The translations under genes and the position numbers were made by a program. DNA of 58,590 bases, taken from assembly GCF_001194135.2 (NCBI RefSeq), contig NC_069009.1:1358396-1416985 (forward strand), given 5' to 3'. Every line of letters begins with the position of its first letter. Position 1 is the first letter of the stretch. Below are positions 12,336 through 24,237 of the stretch, piece after piece. The notes beneath the pieces were generated by a model. It was not told the DNA's origin. It saw nothing but the letters and a program-made list of their open reading frames with translations, and searched no databases. Origin of the DNA: Octopus bimaculoides. Its lineage: Eukaryota.

Positions 12336-12715
12336 GTGGAGGCGCAATGGCCCAGTGGTTAGGGCAGTGGACTCGCGGTCATAGGATCGCGGTTTCGATT
12401 CCTAGACCGGGCGTTGTGAGTGTTTATTGAGCGAAAACACCTGAAGCTCCACGAGGATCCGGCAGGGGATGGAGGCGAACCCTGCTGTACTCTTCCACCA
12501 CAACTTTCTCTCTTACTTCCTGTTTCTGTTGTGCCTGTAATTCAAAGGGTCAGCCTTGTCACATTGTGTCGCGCTGAATCTCCCCGAGAACTACGTTAAG
12601 GGTACACGTGTCTGTGGAGTGCTCAGCCACTTGCACGTTAATTTCACGAACAGGCTGTTCCGTTGATCGGATCAACTGGGACCCTCGACGTCGTAAGCGA
12701 TGGAGTGCCAACAAC
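12336..12715 (+). mobile_element. SINE family A, full length, nested in a family E fragment
   Basis: Imperfect 15-bp TSD AGTGCTTAACTGGTA (12321-12335) / AGTGCTGAACGGGTA (12716-12730). Confidence 0.88.
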
Positions 12716-12998
12716 AGTGCTGAACGGGTACTTATTTTTGGCATTCCTTCGTTACTAGCAGCAACCTTGTCAAAATCTCATATAATCTTGTTTGTTAATT
12801 TCCGTAAAAATGTTTTTATTTCTTCTCAAGAAAGATGTATATACGTGTCTATGAAATGGACGTGAGTGTGTATGTGCGTGGGTGAGAGAGAGAAAGTGAA
12901 GGTATGTGTTATGTATGAACTTTTTTGCATGGATGTGTAAGTGGCACTCTTTCTCACATACAATGTATGTGAGAGAGAGAGAGAAAGCGAGTGAGTGC

Positions 12999-13285
12999 TT
13001 GTCTTCTGCTATAGCCTTGGTCCAACCAAAGCCTTGTGAGTAGATTGGTAGATGGAAACCGAAAGAAGCCCATCGTGTATATATATACATGTGTATGTGT
13101 GTGTGTGTCTTTGTACCCCACCAGCACTTGACAGCTAGTGTTGGTGTGTTTACATCCTCATGACATAGCAGTCCAGCAAAAGAGACCCAATAGAATTAAG
13201 TACCAAGCTTAGAAAAATGTACCAAGGTTGATTCATTCACCTATGCAAGTGTGGAAAAATGTACATTAAAACAGTGATGATGATG
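12999..13285 (+). mobile_element. SINE family D, partial
   Basis: CAAAGCCTTGTGAGT..GGAAACCGAAAGAAGCCC. Confidence 0.7.
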
Positions 13286-13360
13286 ATGGGAAGTGTATTG
13301 TATTTTTGACTGTTGAATCTCTACATTCTAAATATCTTCTGTATCTTATACCATTTTTCT

Positions 13361-14040
13361 ATTATTCCAGAATATCAGAAGACATTTGGGATAAAAGGAA
13401 TTTTGTATCAGAAGCATCGTCTGTGTTTATCATTTTAAAAGACTGGAAAAAATTTGTACATAACAGTTTTAACCCTGTATATAATTCTGTGTTGTATTAT
13501 GATGAAATATTTCCTCAGAGAGAACTTGTTAGCTTTGATTTCTTCAATTCATTGTCTGCAATGTGCACCACCTTATTTTTGCATTCTATATAAACATGGA
13601 AAAATTTTACAAAGGAATTTGCTGCACCTTCAGTTATCGACAAAAATCATAGTCAATGGAAATATAACAGAAAAAATATTTGTCAGGAATAAACTATAAC
13701 TTCTCAATTATTCCAGATAATCAGAAGATTTTGGTGTTAAAGGAATTTTACTTCAAAAGTGTCATCTATGTTTGTCATATTTTAAAGACTGGAAAAATCT
13801 TGTACAAAACAGTTTTAACCCTGTATATAATTCTGTGTTGTATTATGATGAAATATTTCCTCTGAGAGAGCTTGTTAGCTTTTTTTTCACTTTAATTCAT
13901 TGTCTGCAAAATGTACAACCTGATTTTGCATTCTGTATAAACTTGGAAAAAATTTTACAAAGAAATTCGCTGCACCTTCTGTTATCAACAGTTAATGGAA
14001 ATATAACAGGAAAAATATCTGTTAGAAATATACTAAAACA
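13361..14040 (+). repeat. Tandem duplication of about 346 bp, including the ZF3 splice-acceptor motif
   Basis: ATTCCAG at 13370 and 13716; long shared blocks such as AACAGTTTTAACCCTGTATATAATTCTGTGTTGTATTATGATGAAATATTTCCTC. Confidence 0.9.
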
Positions 14041-14070
14041 ACTAAAAAAGGAAGAAAAATATTCATCTGT

Positions 14071-14285
14071 TGCCGTTGCCAGTACCGCCTGACTGGCCTT
14101 CGTGCGGGTGACACGTAAAAGCACCCACTACACTCTCTGAGTGGTTGGCGATAGGAAGGGCATCCAGCTGTAGAAACTCTGCCAAATCAGATTGGAGCCT
14201 GGTGTTGCCATCCGGTTTCACCAGTCCTCAGTCAAATCGTCCAACCCATGCTAGCATGGAAACTGGACGTTAAACGATGATGATG
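14071..14285 (+). mobile_element. Retroelement family B, about 75 bp upstream of the ZF3 ATG
   Basis: As for the 10604 copy. Confidence 0.8.
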
Positions 14286-14359
14286 CAGTGAGAAGAAAGA
14301 AAAAATTATGGAAAAATAAATTATGTATGAATTAAGTTGATTTCTTCCCTCTTGAAGAG

Positions 14360-15559
14360 ATGCCAAAAGTTAAAGGAAAAACTTCATACCATTGTGGTAT
14401 CTGCAAAAAATCATTTTCTCATAAAGGTAGCTTAACCACACACAAATGTATTCACACAGAAGAGAAGCAATATCACTGCGATTTCTGTGCTCAATCCTTT
14501 TCCAGTAGTAGCACTTTAACTTGTCACAGGCGCACTCATACAGGAGAGAGGCCATATCGTTGTGACATCTGTGGTAAATCATTCTCTCGAAATTATCTTT
14601 TAACTACACACAAACGTATTCATACAGGAGAGAGACCATATCACTGTGATATCTGTGGTAAATCCTTCTCTCAGAATAATCACTTGATTTCGCACAAACG
14701 CAGCCATACTGGAGAGAAACCATTTCACTGTGATATCTGTGATAAATCATTCTCTCGAAATCATCACTTGACTGCACACAAACAGCTTCATACAGGTGAG
14801 AGACCATACCACTGCAATACCTGTGGTAAATCGTTCTCTCGAAGTCACAACCTAACCACACACAAACGCTGTCATACAGGTGAGAAACCATATCATTGTG
14901 ATGTCTGCGGGAAGTCCTTCTCTGAAAGCAGCGTCTTGAATATACACAAACGTATTCATACAAAAGAGAAACCGTATCATTGCGATATCTGTGGTAAATC
15001 ATTCGCTCGACATCATGTCGCAGCCGTACACAAACGTATCCATACAGGCGAGAAACCATATCCATGTAGTATCTGTGGTAAATCCTTTTCGTGTTTGAGC
15101 AGTTTAATCACTCATAAACATATTCACACAGGAGAAAAGCCATATCAGTGTGATATTTGTGGTAAATCGTTCTCTCAGACCTGTTCCTTAACTATCCACA
15201 AACGTATTCACACGGGGGAGAAACCGTATCAGTGTGATATCTGTGGTAAATCATTCTCTTGTGCAGCCACTTTAAATACTCACAAACGCATTCATACAGG
15301 TGAGAAGCCATATCACTGTGATATATGTGGCAAGTCGTTCTCTCACGGAAACAGTTTAACTTATCACAAACATATTCATACTGGAGTGACGCCGTACCTC
15401 TGTAATATCTGTGGAAAATCCTTCTCTAGCACATGCAATTTAAATACTCACAAACGCATTCATACGGGAGAGAAACCATATCAATGTGATATATGTGATA
15501 AATCATTCACTCAAAGTAGTAATTTAATTCAACACAAATGTACTCATACCGAGATATAA
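14360..15559 (+). CDS. ZF3: tandem C2H2 zinc-finger protein, 399 aa, 14 fingers
   Basis: ORF track translation; in-frame TAA at 14333-14335 upstream of the ATG. Confidence 0.92.
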   Translation: MPKVKGKTSYHCGICKKSFSHKGSLTTHKCIHTEEKQYHCDFCAQSFSSSSTLTCHRRTHTGERPYRCDICGKSFSRNYLLTTHKRIHTGERPYHCDICGKSFSQNNHLISHKRSHTGEKPFHCDICDKSFSRNHHLTAHKQLHTGERPYHCNTCGKSFSRSHNLTTHKRCHTGEKPYHCDVCGKSFSESSVLNIHKRIHTKEKPYHCDICGKSFARHHVAAVHKRIHTGEKPYPCSICGKSFSCLSSLITHKHIHTGEKPYQCDICGKSFSQTCSLTIHKRIHTGEKPYQCDICGKSFSCAATLNTHKRIHTGEKPYHCDICGKSFSHGNSLTYHKHIHTGVTPYLCNICGKSFSSTCNLNTHKRIHTGEKPYQCDICDKSFTQSSNLIQHKCTHTEI

Positions 15560-16348
15560 CGACAGCACTGACGACACAGGAATCATTATTATTCTCAGCG
15601 ATTTTCTATGCAAACATTCATCACCCTTAAAACCCAGACATCCAGACACAACTGTCTCGCGTCTTGGCCATGTGGGGCTGATTACCTTGTATGTGTGAAT
15701 GAGTAAGAGACAATATTCTCCCTGAACAAAACCCCAGTCTGTCACAGAGTTACTCACTTGCAGCTGAGTGGACTGGACTGGATCATTGTGAAATGAAGTG
15801 TTCCATTAAAGTGCACAATGCACCAGCCAGTCCAGGAATTGAAACCAAGATTTTGCAATCATGAGTCCAACACCCTAGGTACGAGGCCACATACCTTCTG
15901 TGCAATCAATGCTTTACAGCTGGAAGCCCTTCCCATCACCAATGTCTCTCATTGCCTCTTACAATATGCATGGAAATATTAGTCCAAGGAACATAGGTGC
16001 AGTTTCTTTGATGTGTGTGTATACATATATATATATGTGGATATCCCTAATTGCATAATATTTTCATTTTGTGCTGTTAAATGTTTTAATTCTTTCTGTT
16101 TTCCTCGCATACTGTTTTTCTCTGTTACATTGGTGCGCTACGGTGGATTAATTTAAGACTTAGCTCTTATTTCAAGCAAGTAGATGCTGATTAAGCATCA
16201 TTACGCTTCGTGCCAATCTATAATTCATAGCTGTTTAAAGCTATTATAACTGCGTTCCACCCATGCCACTACTGGTGATATCATCAAATTTAGAATTTAT
16301 CCACAGATGATAGACATCTAACTTCAAATCTCAGTGTTTGAATGTTTC

Positions 16349-16393
<45 letters not shown>

Positions 16394-16504
16394 TACATTT
16401 TCTTCCTGATTGAGACATTAGTGCGTCACAAACAAACTGGAGCAACATGGGATTGAGTGTTTTGCTCAAGAACACAACACATTGCCCTGGCCAGGAATCA
16501 AAAC

Positions 16505-16871
16505 NNNNNNNNNNNNNNNNNNNNNNNNNNNNNNNNNNNNNNNNNNNNNNNNNNNNNNNNNNNNNNNNNNNNNNNNNNNNNNNNNNNNNNNNNNNNNNNN
16601 NNNNNNNNNNNNNNNNNNNNNNNNNNNNNNNNNNNNNNNNNNNNNNNNNNNNNNNNNNNNNNNNNNNNNNNNNNNNNNNNNNNNNNNNNNNNNNNNNNNN
16701 NNNNNNNNNNNNNNNNNNNNNNNNNNNNNNNNNNNNNNNNNNNNNNNNNNNNNNNNNNNNNNNNNNNNNNNNNNNNNNNNNNNNNNNNNNNNNNNNNNNN
16801 NNNNNNNNNNNNNNNNNNNNNNNNNNNNNNNNNNNNNNNNNNNNNNNNNNNNNNNNNNNNNNNNNNNNNNN
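16505..16871. other. Assembly gap (N run)
   Basis: Direct. Confidence 1.
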
Positions 16872-17399
16872 TTTTGTCCTTTTTTAAAATTATTTACATG
16901 CTTGTTCAACCATTTCATATGATTTTTATTCATTAAAACTTATCAAAACAATTCACAACTCTTGTTGTAAAGTCTTGCTTTCATTTTGTTTATCAAAATT
17001 TTGTCATCATAATGTTTTTGCTTTCATTTTGTGATGAGCAACTATCACACAGAAAATACCAGCTTCCAAATCTTTTTTTTTTTTTTCTGATTCGGCAAAA
17101 ATGGAATAAACGAATTACAAATTCAGATTCAGTGTGAAAAATTACATCAATATACCAAATTTGAAAATTTTCACTTCATTTCAAAATTTCAAAATCTGTG
17201 ACAGCAACAGAAAAGATTCTAAATGTGTCAGATTAAATAGACAGAACATGAACAATTTTGAAGGAATGGATTTTATTTAAAATATCAATATTATATCAAC
17301 AATACGGATATAGTTGTATATATATGAAACGTTAGATTATATTAAGTATTAGGAGAGAGTTCTAACATAATGTCATATTTTTCTCCATGTTTTTTTTTT

Positions 17400-17615
17400 T
17401 TGATTGTGGCCATGCTGGAGCACCACCTTTAGTCGAACAAATCGACCCCGGGACTTATTCTTTGTAAGCCTAGTACTTATTCTATTGGGCTCTTTTGCTG
17501 AACTGCTATGTTATGGGGACGTAACCACAGCAACATCGGTTGTCAAGCGACGTTGGGGGGTGGGGGGAACACAGATACACAAACATTTATATATATACGA
17601 CGGGCTTGTTTCAGT
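17400..17615 (-). mobile_element. SINE family D, 3' part
   Basis: Homology to 38150-38380. Confidence 0.75.
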
Positions 17616-17823
17616 TTCTTATTTCTTTACTGCCCACAAGGGGCTACACACAGAGGGGACAAACAAGGACAAAGGGATTAAGTTGATTACATTGACCCCA
17701 GTGCGTAACTGGTACTTATTTAAACGACCGCGATAGGATGAAAGGCAAAGTCGACCTCGGTGGAATTTGAACTCAGAACGTAGCATTCTGTGTCATACTA
17801 AATCTCCCTGAGAACTGCATTAA

Positions 17824-18043
17824 CCCTTTAGCGTTCAGATTAATTTGTCAAAAGTAATCCTTATTTATTCACATTTAAAAAAATTTATCTGATATTATTT
17901 TGCAGCTTCAAGATTTCTAAGATGTAATTGCTTATTTTTAGAATGACATTGCAAGGTAGGTGTGAGAGGCTGGTTCTGGCCAGTTTGAGCATAAAATGTG
18001 TAGAATATTTGGGCCGGATATAGCCGGTTTAAACACTAAAGGG
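17824..18043 (-). mobile_element. piggyBac-type non-autonomous element
   Basis: TTAA|CCCTTTAG ... CTAAAGGG|TGAA termini; internal sequence shared with 47659-48148 and 820-960. Confidence 0.65.
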
Positions 18044-18269
18044 TGAACCCATATGTGCTCATATAAAAAAAATGCATTCTTAAAATTTCACTGTATTTAG
18101 ATTAAATGTTATGGTAAGCTTTCACAATCTGGAAGAGAAGGACATTATGCAACTGTTAGCTACAGGTGTCGACTACTGATGGAACATTTTGTGTGCTCAG
18201 TCAGATACTTCCTGGCAAATTCATGTCTAAACAAGTTGGAGTAGGTTTTACGCAACCAGGGGTATATAT

Positions 18270-18514
18270 GGGTGCATATGTCTGTGGAGTGCTCAGCCAC
18301 TTGCATGTTAATTTCACAAGTAGGTTGTTCTGTTGTTTGGATCAGGGGTTTTCAAACTTTTTGACTTGTCAATTAAAAGATTTCGATTAAAAAAACATAT
18401 ATAAAAAGTATTTGCTGTCCACGGACCCCCTGTCTTGTCCTTGCGGACCACAGTTTGAAAACCCCTGGTTTGGATCAACTGGAACTCTTGTCGTCATAAC
18501 CAACAGAGAACCAC
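18270..18514 (+). mobile_element. SINE family A-type 3' portion abutting the ZF4 stop, split by a hAT MITE
   Basis: TGTCTGTGGAGTGCTCAGCCACTTGCA...GATCAACTGGAAC. Confidence 0.75.
18343..18467 (+). mobile_element. hAT MITE, 125-bp deletion derivative
   Basis: TIR CAGGGGTTTTCAAAC; 8-bp TSD GTTTGGAT at 18335-18342 and 18468-18475. Confidence 0.92.
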
Positions 18515-20038
18515 TTATTCTTCTGTATGGATAAACACATGTGTAGCTAATAGTCTTTTCCGAGAAAATGATTTACCACAGATATCGCAGTGATAAGGCT
18601 TTTCACCTGTATGAATACGAACATGTTCAGTTAAATTACCTTTCTGAGTGAATGCCTTTCCACAGATATCACAGTGATGTGGCCTCTCACCTGTATGAAT
18701 ATATTTGTGTTTGGTTAAATGGTAATTGACAGGAAACGATTTGCCACAGACATCACAATGATATGGTTTCTCTTCTCTATGAATGTGTTTGTGTTTTGTC
18801 AAGTTCCGTTTTAGAGAGAATGCCTTACCACAGATATCACAATGGTGTGGCTTCGTTCCTGTGTGAATCTGTTTGTGTTCTGTTAACTTACACTTTTGAG
18901 AGAATGATTTACCACAGATATCACAGTGATACGGTTTCTCACCTGTATGAATGTGTTTATGCTCAGTTAAATTACCTTTCTGAGAGAATGACTTACTACA
19001 GATATCACACTGATACGGTTTCTCTCCAGTGTGGACACGTTTGTGTTCAGTTAAGTTACCTTTTAGAGAGAACGATTTACCACAGATATCACAGTGATAT
19101 GGTTTCTCTCCCGTATGAATGCGTATGTGTTCAGTTAAGTTGCTACTTCCAGAGAATGATTTGCCACAGACATCGCAGGCATACGTTTTATCTCCTGCAT
19201 GAAGGTGTTTATGTTTGGTTAAGGTACTGCTGGTAGAAAACGGCTTACCACAGATATCACAGTGATATGGCTTCTCGCCTGTATGCATGTGCTTGTGTTC
19301 GCTTAAGTGGTGGCTTCGAGAGAAGGATTTTCCACAGATATCACAGTGATATGGCTTCTCTCCAGTATGATTACGTTGATGTACAGTTAAGTCATGCTTT
19401 CGAGCAAAAGATTTACTACAGGTGTCACAGGGATATGGTTTCTCGCTTGTATGAGTGTGTTTGTGTTCAGCCAAGGTACTTTTCACAGAGAATGATTTAC
19501 CACAGATATCACAGACGTATGGCTTCTCTCCCGTGTGAACACGTATGTGAGTTGTTAAGTTTGTACTTCGACAAAATGACTTACCACAGATGTCACAGTG
19601 GTACGGCTTCTCTCCTGTGTGAATACGTTTGTGTTCAGTTACTTGATGGTTTCGAGAGAACGATTTACCACAGATGTCACAGTGATAAGGCTTCTCTCCA
19701 GTATGAACACGTTTGTGCTTAATTAAATGATCATTTAGAGAGAATGTTTTATCACATACATCACACTGATATGGCTTCTCTCCTGTATAAATATCTTTGT
19801 ACTCAGTCACTGCACTTTCTTCAAGGAAGGATTTCTCGGAGATATCACAGTCATACGATATCTCTCCTGTATGAATAAGTTGGTGTGTAGTAAGTTCACA
19901 TTTTTGAGAGAAGGTATTTTTACAGATATCACACTGGTATAATGCTATTTCTGTGTCTTTCGGCATCTCATTAGAAAAATCAATCCATTCGGTTTGTGTC
20001 TCACACTTAACTGTGCTCTCACACAATTCATTTTCCAT
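18515..20038 (-). CDS. ZF4: tandem C2H2 zinc-finger protein, 507 aa, 16 intact fingers plus 1 degenerate
   Basis: ORF track translation; MENELC leader. Confidence 0.94.
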   Translation of the reverse strand: MENELCESTVKCETQTEWIDFSNEMPKDTEIALYQCDICKNTFSQKCELTTHQLIHTGEISYDCDISEKSFLEESAVTEYKDIYTGEKPYQCDVCDKTFSLNDHLIKHKRVHTGEKPYHCDICGKSFSRNHQVTEHKRIHTGEKPYHCDICGKSFCRSTNLTTHIRVHTGEKPYVCDICGKSFSVKSTLAEHKHTHTSEKPYPCDTCSKSFARKHDLTVHQRNHTGEKPYHCDICGKSFSRSHHLSEHKHMHTGEKPYHCDICGKPFSTSSTLTKHKHLHAGDKTYACDVCGKSFSGSSNLTEHIRIHTGEKPYHCDICGKSFSLKGNLTEHKRVHTGEKPYQCDICSKSFSQKGNLTEHKHIHTGEKPYHCDICGKSFSQKCKLTEHKQIHTGTKPHHCDICGKAFSLKRNLTKHKHIHREEKPYHCDVCGKSFPVNYHLTKHKYIHTGERPHHCDICGKAFTQKGNLTEHVRIHTGEKPYHCDICGKSFSRKRLLATHVFIHTEE

Positions 20039-21379
20039 AATTTTTCTCCTTTCACCACAATATACAAGTGTTTTCCTTCTAAATAGTTATATATATATAT
20101 ATACACACATATATTTAATATCTAACACATATTTCATCGGTTATCTTTCTATCAACTGTGATGTCAATCAATAACTGTAAATGCTGCAAATTACTTCATG
20201 ATCTGAATTAAATTTCAATCCAAGATCACCTTGTACACATTCCAGTTCAGAAAAAAACCTATCACAGTAATTCTACCACAGATTTGATAAAACTCAGTAG
20301 ACTACGCGTTCTGTATAAAATGTTCCTTTAGCCTTTAAAAGTTAATAAGTATTGGTGATATATCCAAAGTAAAAATCATAATTCTTTAGTGACGATGTCG
20401 TCTGATATTCTGAAATAATAGAAAAATGGTAAATGGTATAGAGGATACTTAAACAATTGAAAATTCAACAACAGAAATTTTATTATATTTCTATATCAAG
20501 TGTAAATATAAGCATTTACATGAACAGTTAAACTTCATAATTTGCTATTATAGTTATATTTTACACACTAATGCAAAGGTCAGGAAACTTTCCCAACCAA
20601 TTACCCCCAAATGTATTTATTTACACCAACGTTATCCCCTTAATTTGAAAGAAAGAAAATCATAGTCTTTGAATTCAAAAGGTTTGTTCCGTGGCGAGTG
20701 TTGTAGACATGTGCTCAACGTGCCAAACTGTGGGACTGAATACAAATACATGTAGTTATAAAGCAATATGTCTGCATAGACGTTATTGCAATATATTTAA
20801 AAAGAGACGTTAAACCACGATCCATTAGAATATAAACATCTTTAGAAATTATGGTTTTAAGCACAGTAGATAATTCCCGACCCAATTACACAGAAAAGGC
20901 GTCAGTGGCTTCATCGTAATAAATACAACCCATGCTAGCATGGAAAGCGGACGTTAAACGTATCAAGCGTCGACAGTGAAGAAATAGCAGTCAAATCTCC
21001 GCGGTCTGTATCAAGAATATCCAAAGCAAATCAAATACTGAAAATACATTCTATGAGAATATAATGAAACACTTGGAAGTGTTTTATTATTCTATTATTA
21101 CACGTTCATTAAAAGAAACGGTAACTTTACATTGGATTTTTAAACAATCAGAGATGATATTTTGAAGATCGATCTAGAATAAACTTGTAAATATGTTGTT
21201 GATTTCTCTGATTACTGTTTAATTGTTGATTTCAAACAACCTGCAGGACAATAGACTATCGATCTCTGCTTAGCAACAAAAATAAACTTTCACCATTGTC
21301 TCTTGTTGATTCTTTTTTTAATTTTAATTACCCAAGTTCACCGAATTTTGCTAAAAATAAAATCTGTATTATATCTTAC

Positions 21380-21520
21380 CTGTTATGATATATAAATCAG
21401 TGTTTAATGTGAAATATGTTTAATTAAGCCATAGAACGATTTCACAGGAAATACAAAAACCTTGAAGAATGAGATTACAAAAATAGACACGGATAAACGA
21501 ACCGCACTGGGTTTCCGAAA
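21380..21520 (-). other. Putative non-coding exon 1 of ZF4
   Basis: Conserved CCGTGTC motif and ATAACAG|GTAAGATATA donor; 5' limit approximate. Confidence 0.55.
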
Positions 21521-22429
21521 GCTATCATCTCGTATACACACACACACACATATAATCGGCCAGTTGTTCATAAGTAATTATGTGTGTGTGTATCTTTCTA
21601 TGTAAAATATATATTTAATTATGTGAATGTGTGTGTGAGTGTATTTATACATATAAAAATGTATATATATATATATAATAAAATTACGGATAAAACCACT
21701 TTAATGATTTTATCAAGTGCCCAGCGTGAAATAAAAACCTTGTAGGTAACATTTTATACTAATTTATAAATTAGTATATGTATACAGACTGTCCTCATTT
21801 AACGACCACTCGGAGTTATGACGAACTTTACGAGCGGTCGTTACATATTTTACAAAATATAAAAACTTAAGAACTTTGACTGTCGTATTGTGTGCTGTAC
21901 GAGAACTGCCGTCGTGACGGCAGCGCACGCAGAGCACCCAGCCTCACCCTCCGACATCGTAAGTTGACAGTATCCATATCTTAACTTTAAGGTTTTCTTT
22001 GTGATAATCTTACTCTTACTTATTCATTTTTCAACAATTTGTGTTAGTGATTCTTGGCCCTGTACTGCATATACTTTATACAGTACGGTATTCTGTTTTT
22101 ATATGTATGTACAGTACACTATACCTATAAAAAAAAAATACGTACCCTATGAAAATTCGTTTTAGCATTGTTGTTCTAGCCTTTTTTAAACAATCACATA
22201 TGGTTTGTCCCAAAGAATCAACCTTTTAAATAAGAGTTTTGCTTCCACTAGCGAAAGCTATACGTATCTTTCAGAAAGCTCCATGCCAATTTGACTTTAT
22301 GTAGCATCTGTTGTTACTTTATGCGCAGGCTATGTGGGAAGATAGAATAAAGGGGCTATTGTTAGCTTATAATGAAATCGATAATCACTTGGTGCACCAA
22401 AACACATTTCCTTTTCCAGATAATACAAG

Positions 22430-23449
22430 CATGCCACCTAAAAAGAGAGCATGCATTGGCAGAAAGTTTTCTGCCGTGGCAAGGCAGCAGTACTGGTAGG
22501 TTAAGGAAACTGAGGACCACAGGTCCTGTAGATCAGGGGTTTTCAAACTTTTTGACTTGCGGACCCCTTTATATTTCAGGCTTTACCTTAGGGACCCCCT
22601 TATAAACGCTTATGAAATTTCTACATAAATATTTGCTTAAAATAACATATATCTTTACATTTATTTATTTAACAGTATTTAACAAATAGGTTTATTGTCA
22701 ATTAAAAGATTTCGATTAAAAAACATATATAAAATCAAATTGCCCATAAAAAGTATTTGCTGTCTTGTCCGCGGACCACAGTTTGAAAACCCCTGCTGTA
22801 GATTGTTGAAAAGAGCTGCTGCTGCATGAAACCTACTGAGTGCTATCCATTGGGCATGCAGTGTTGCATCCACTAAAGAAGCCCCAGAAGAGAGTCCAAT
22901 CAACACTGCATCCGCTTCTGCCTCGAGGTTGGCAGATGATGACAACCATCGTATGATGAGACTTCAATCTAATGTCCACCGGAAGACTCTTGCTGACTAT
23001 TGGAATCCATCGAATAGTCAAGGGGCATTAAAGGAGCGCAACTGTGATCCTGAAGCAATTATTATACCACCCAAGAGATTATGTCTGTAATATGTCCATT
23101 TTGCAAGGCCCTCAAGTGGGTTGGATAATCCAGTGGCCTATGCTGCTCAAATGGAAAGGTTCACTTACCTGACCTGCAAAACATACATCAGCCTTTGCTC
23201 TCTTTAATCCTTGGTCAACACCCTGATTCACTGCAATTTATACAGAAAATTTGTATTTATAACTCTGCCTTCCAGATGACAAGTTTTGGTCACAAACCCA
23301 TTCATGAAGACTCCTGTATGCCAACGTTCAAAATTCAGGACCAAACCTATCATCAGATAGGCTCTATTCTTCCTGTCAAGAAGAATGGAGCCTTCAAATT
23401 TACTTCATGGAAGAAAGCACTGAGCAAACGGTTCCCCGAGCTCAGGTAG
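22430..23449 (+). mobile_element. Degenerate Helitron Rep/helicase N-terminal coding remnant, interrupted by a hAT MITE
   Basis: From 23081: MSVICPFCKALKWVG*SSGLCCSNGKVHLPDL; then YNSAFQMTSFG...PTFKIQDQTYHQIGSILP; both resemble Helitron N-terminal motifs; 5' limit tentative. Confidence 0.7.
22534..22795 (+). mobile_element. hAT MITE, 262 bp
   Basis: Same TIR; TSD CTGTAGAT at 22526-22533 and 22796-22803. Confidence 0.92.
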
Positions 23450-23815
23450 CACCTGGAACAAAGTAAAGAAAGTTTCCATCCACTAAATCCCTTCACAAGA
23501 CTTTGGTCAGTCTGATGCTATAGTAGAAGACACTTGCCCAAGGTACTACACATCAGGATTGAACCTAAAACCATGTGGTTAGGACTGAACCCAGAACCAT
23601 GCCTATGCTTAGATGTTCTACATAAAAAAATCAATGGAGAATAATTAAAGAGTAAAACAACTTTATTCCTCTTTCAAGTTATTAAAAATATTCACAAAAT
23701 GTGATGAGGTCAGAATTCAAAAACCTCAGTCTTGCAGCTGAAATGACTAAAGATTGAAATAATGTTTTTAGACAGACAGGTTTGACTCTCAATACAAGAT
23801 GGAGTTTTCACACAA

Positions 23816-23890
23816 CTAGTGATATTTTACTGTATAGATGCTTATATGCCTTGTTAAGTGATTTCTTTGGGAGAATGATTTACCTCAGAT
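23816..23890 (-). pseudogene. Distal half-finger behind ZF5 (I*GKSFSQRNHLTRHISIYT)
   Basis: Manual translation of the reverse complement. Confidence 0.8.
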
Positions 23891-23902
23891 AGATGAAGTA
23901 TT

Positions 23903-24233
23903 GAAGGCTGATCTCAAAATCCTGATCCTTACAAAGGAGATGACAGACAACTGAGAAATGTGGTGTATTGCTGTACTGAAGACCTGCCTACCACAACAGA
24001 ACTGAGATTCTGAAACCAAGGTGTCATATAAAAAGCACTGGTGATGGGGCCCATTATAAGCACCCACTCCACTCTGTGGGGTAGTGTGGCATTAGGAAAG
24101 ATATCCAATTGTAGAAACCAATCCAAAACAGACTATGGAACTGGGGTGGCCCCTAGCCTTGATAGTTCCTGCGAAGCCATACAACCCATGCCAGCATGGA
24201 AAACGGGCGTTAAATGTTGATGATGAAGATTAC
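23903..24233 (+). mobile_element. Retroelement family C inserted within a finger at the ZF5 3' end
   Basis: Flanked by two halves of one finger. Confidence 0.75.
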
Positions 24234-24237
24234 GATG

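Noticed and set aside
21785-22100. TA|CAGACTGTCCTCATTTAACGACC as a pogo-type TIR
   Set aside because: No matching opposite terminus found by eye
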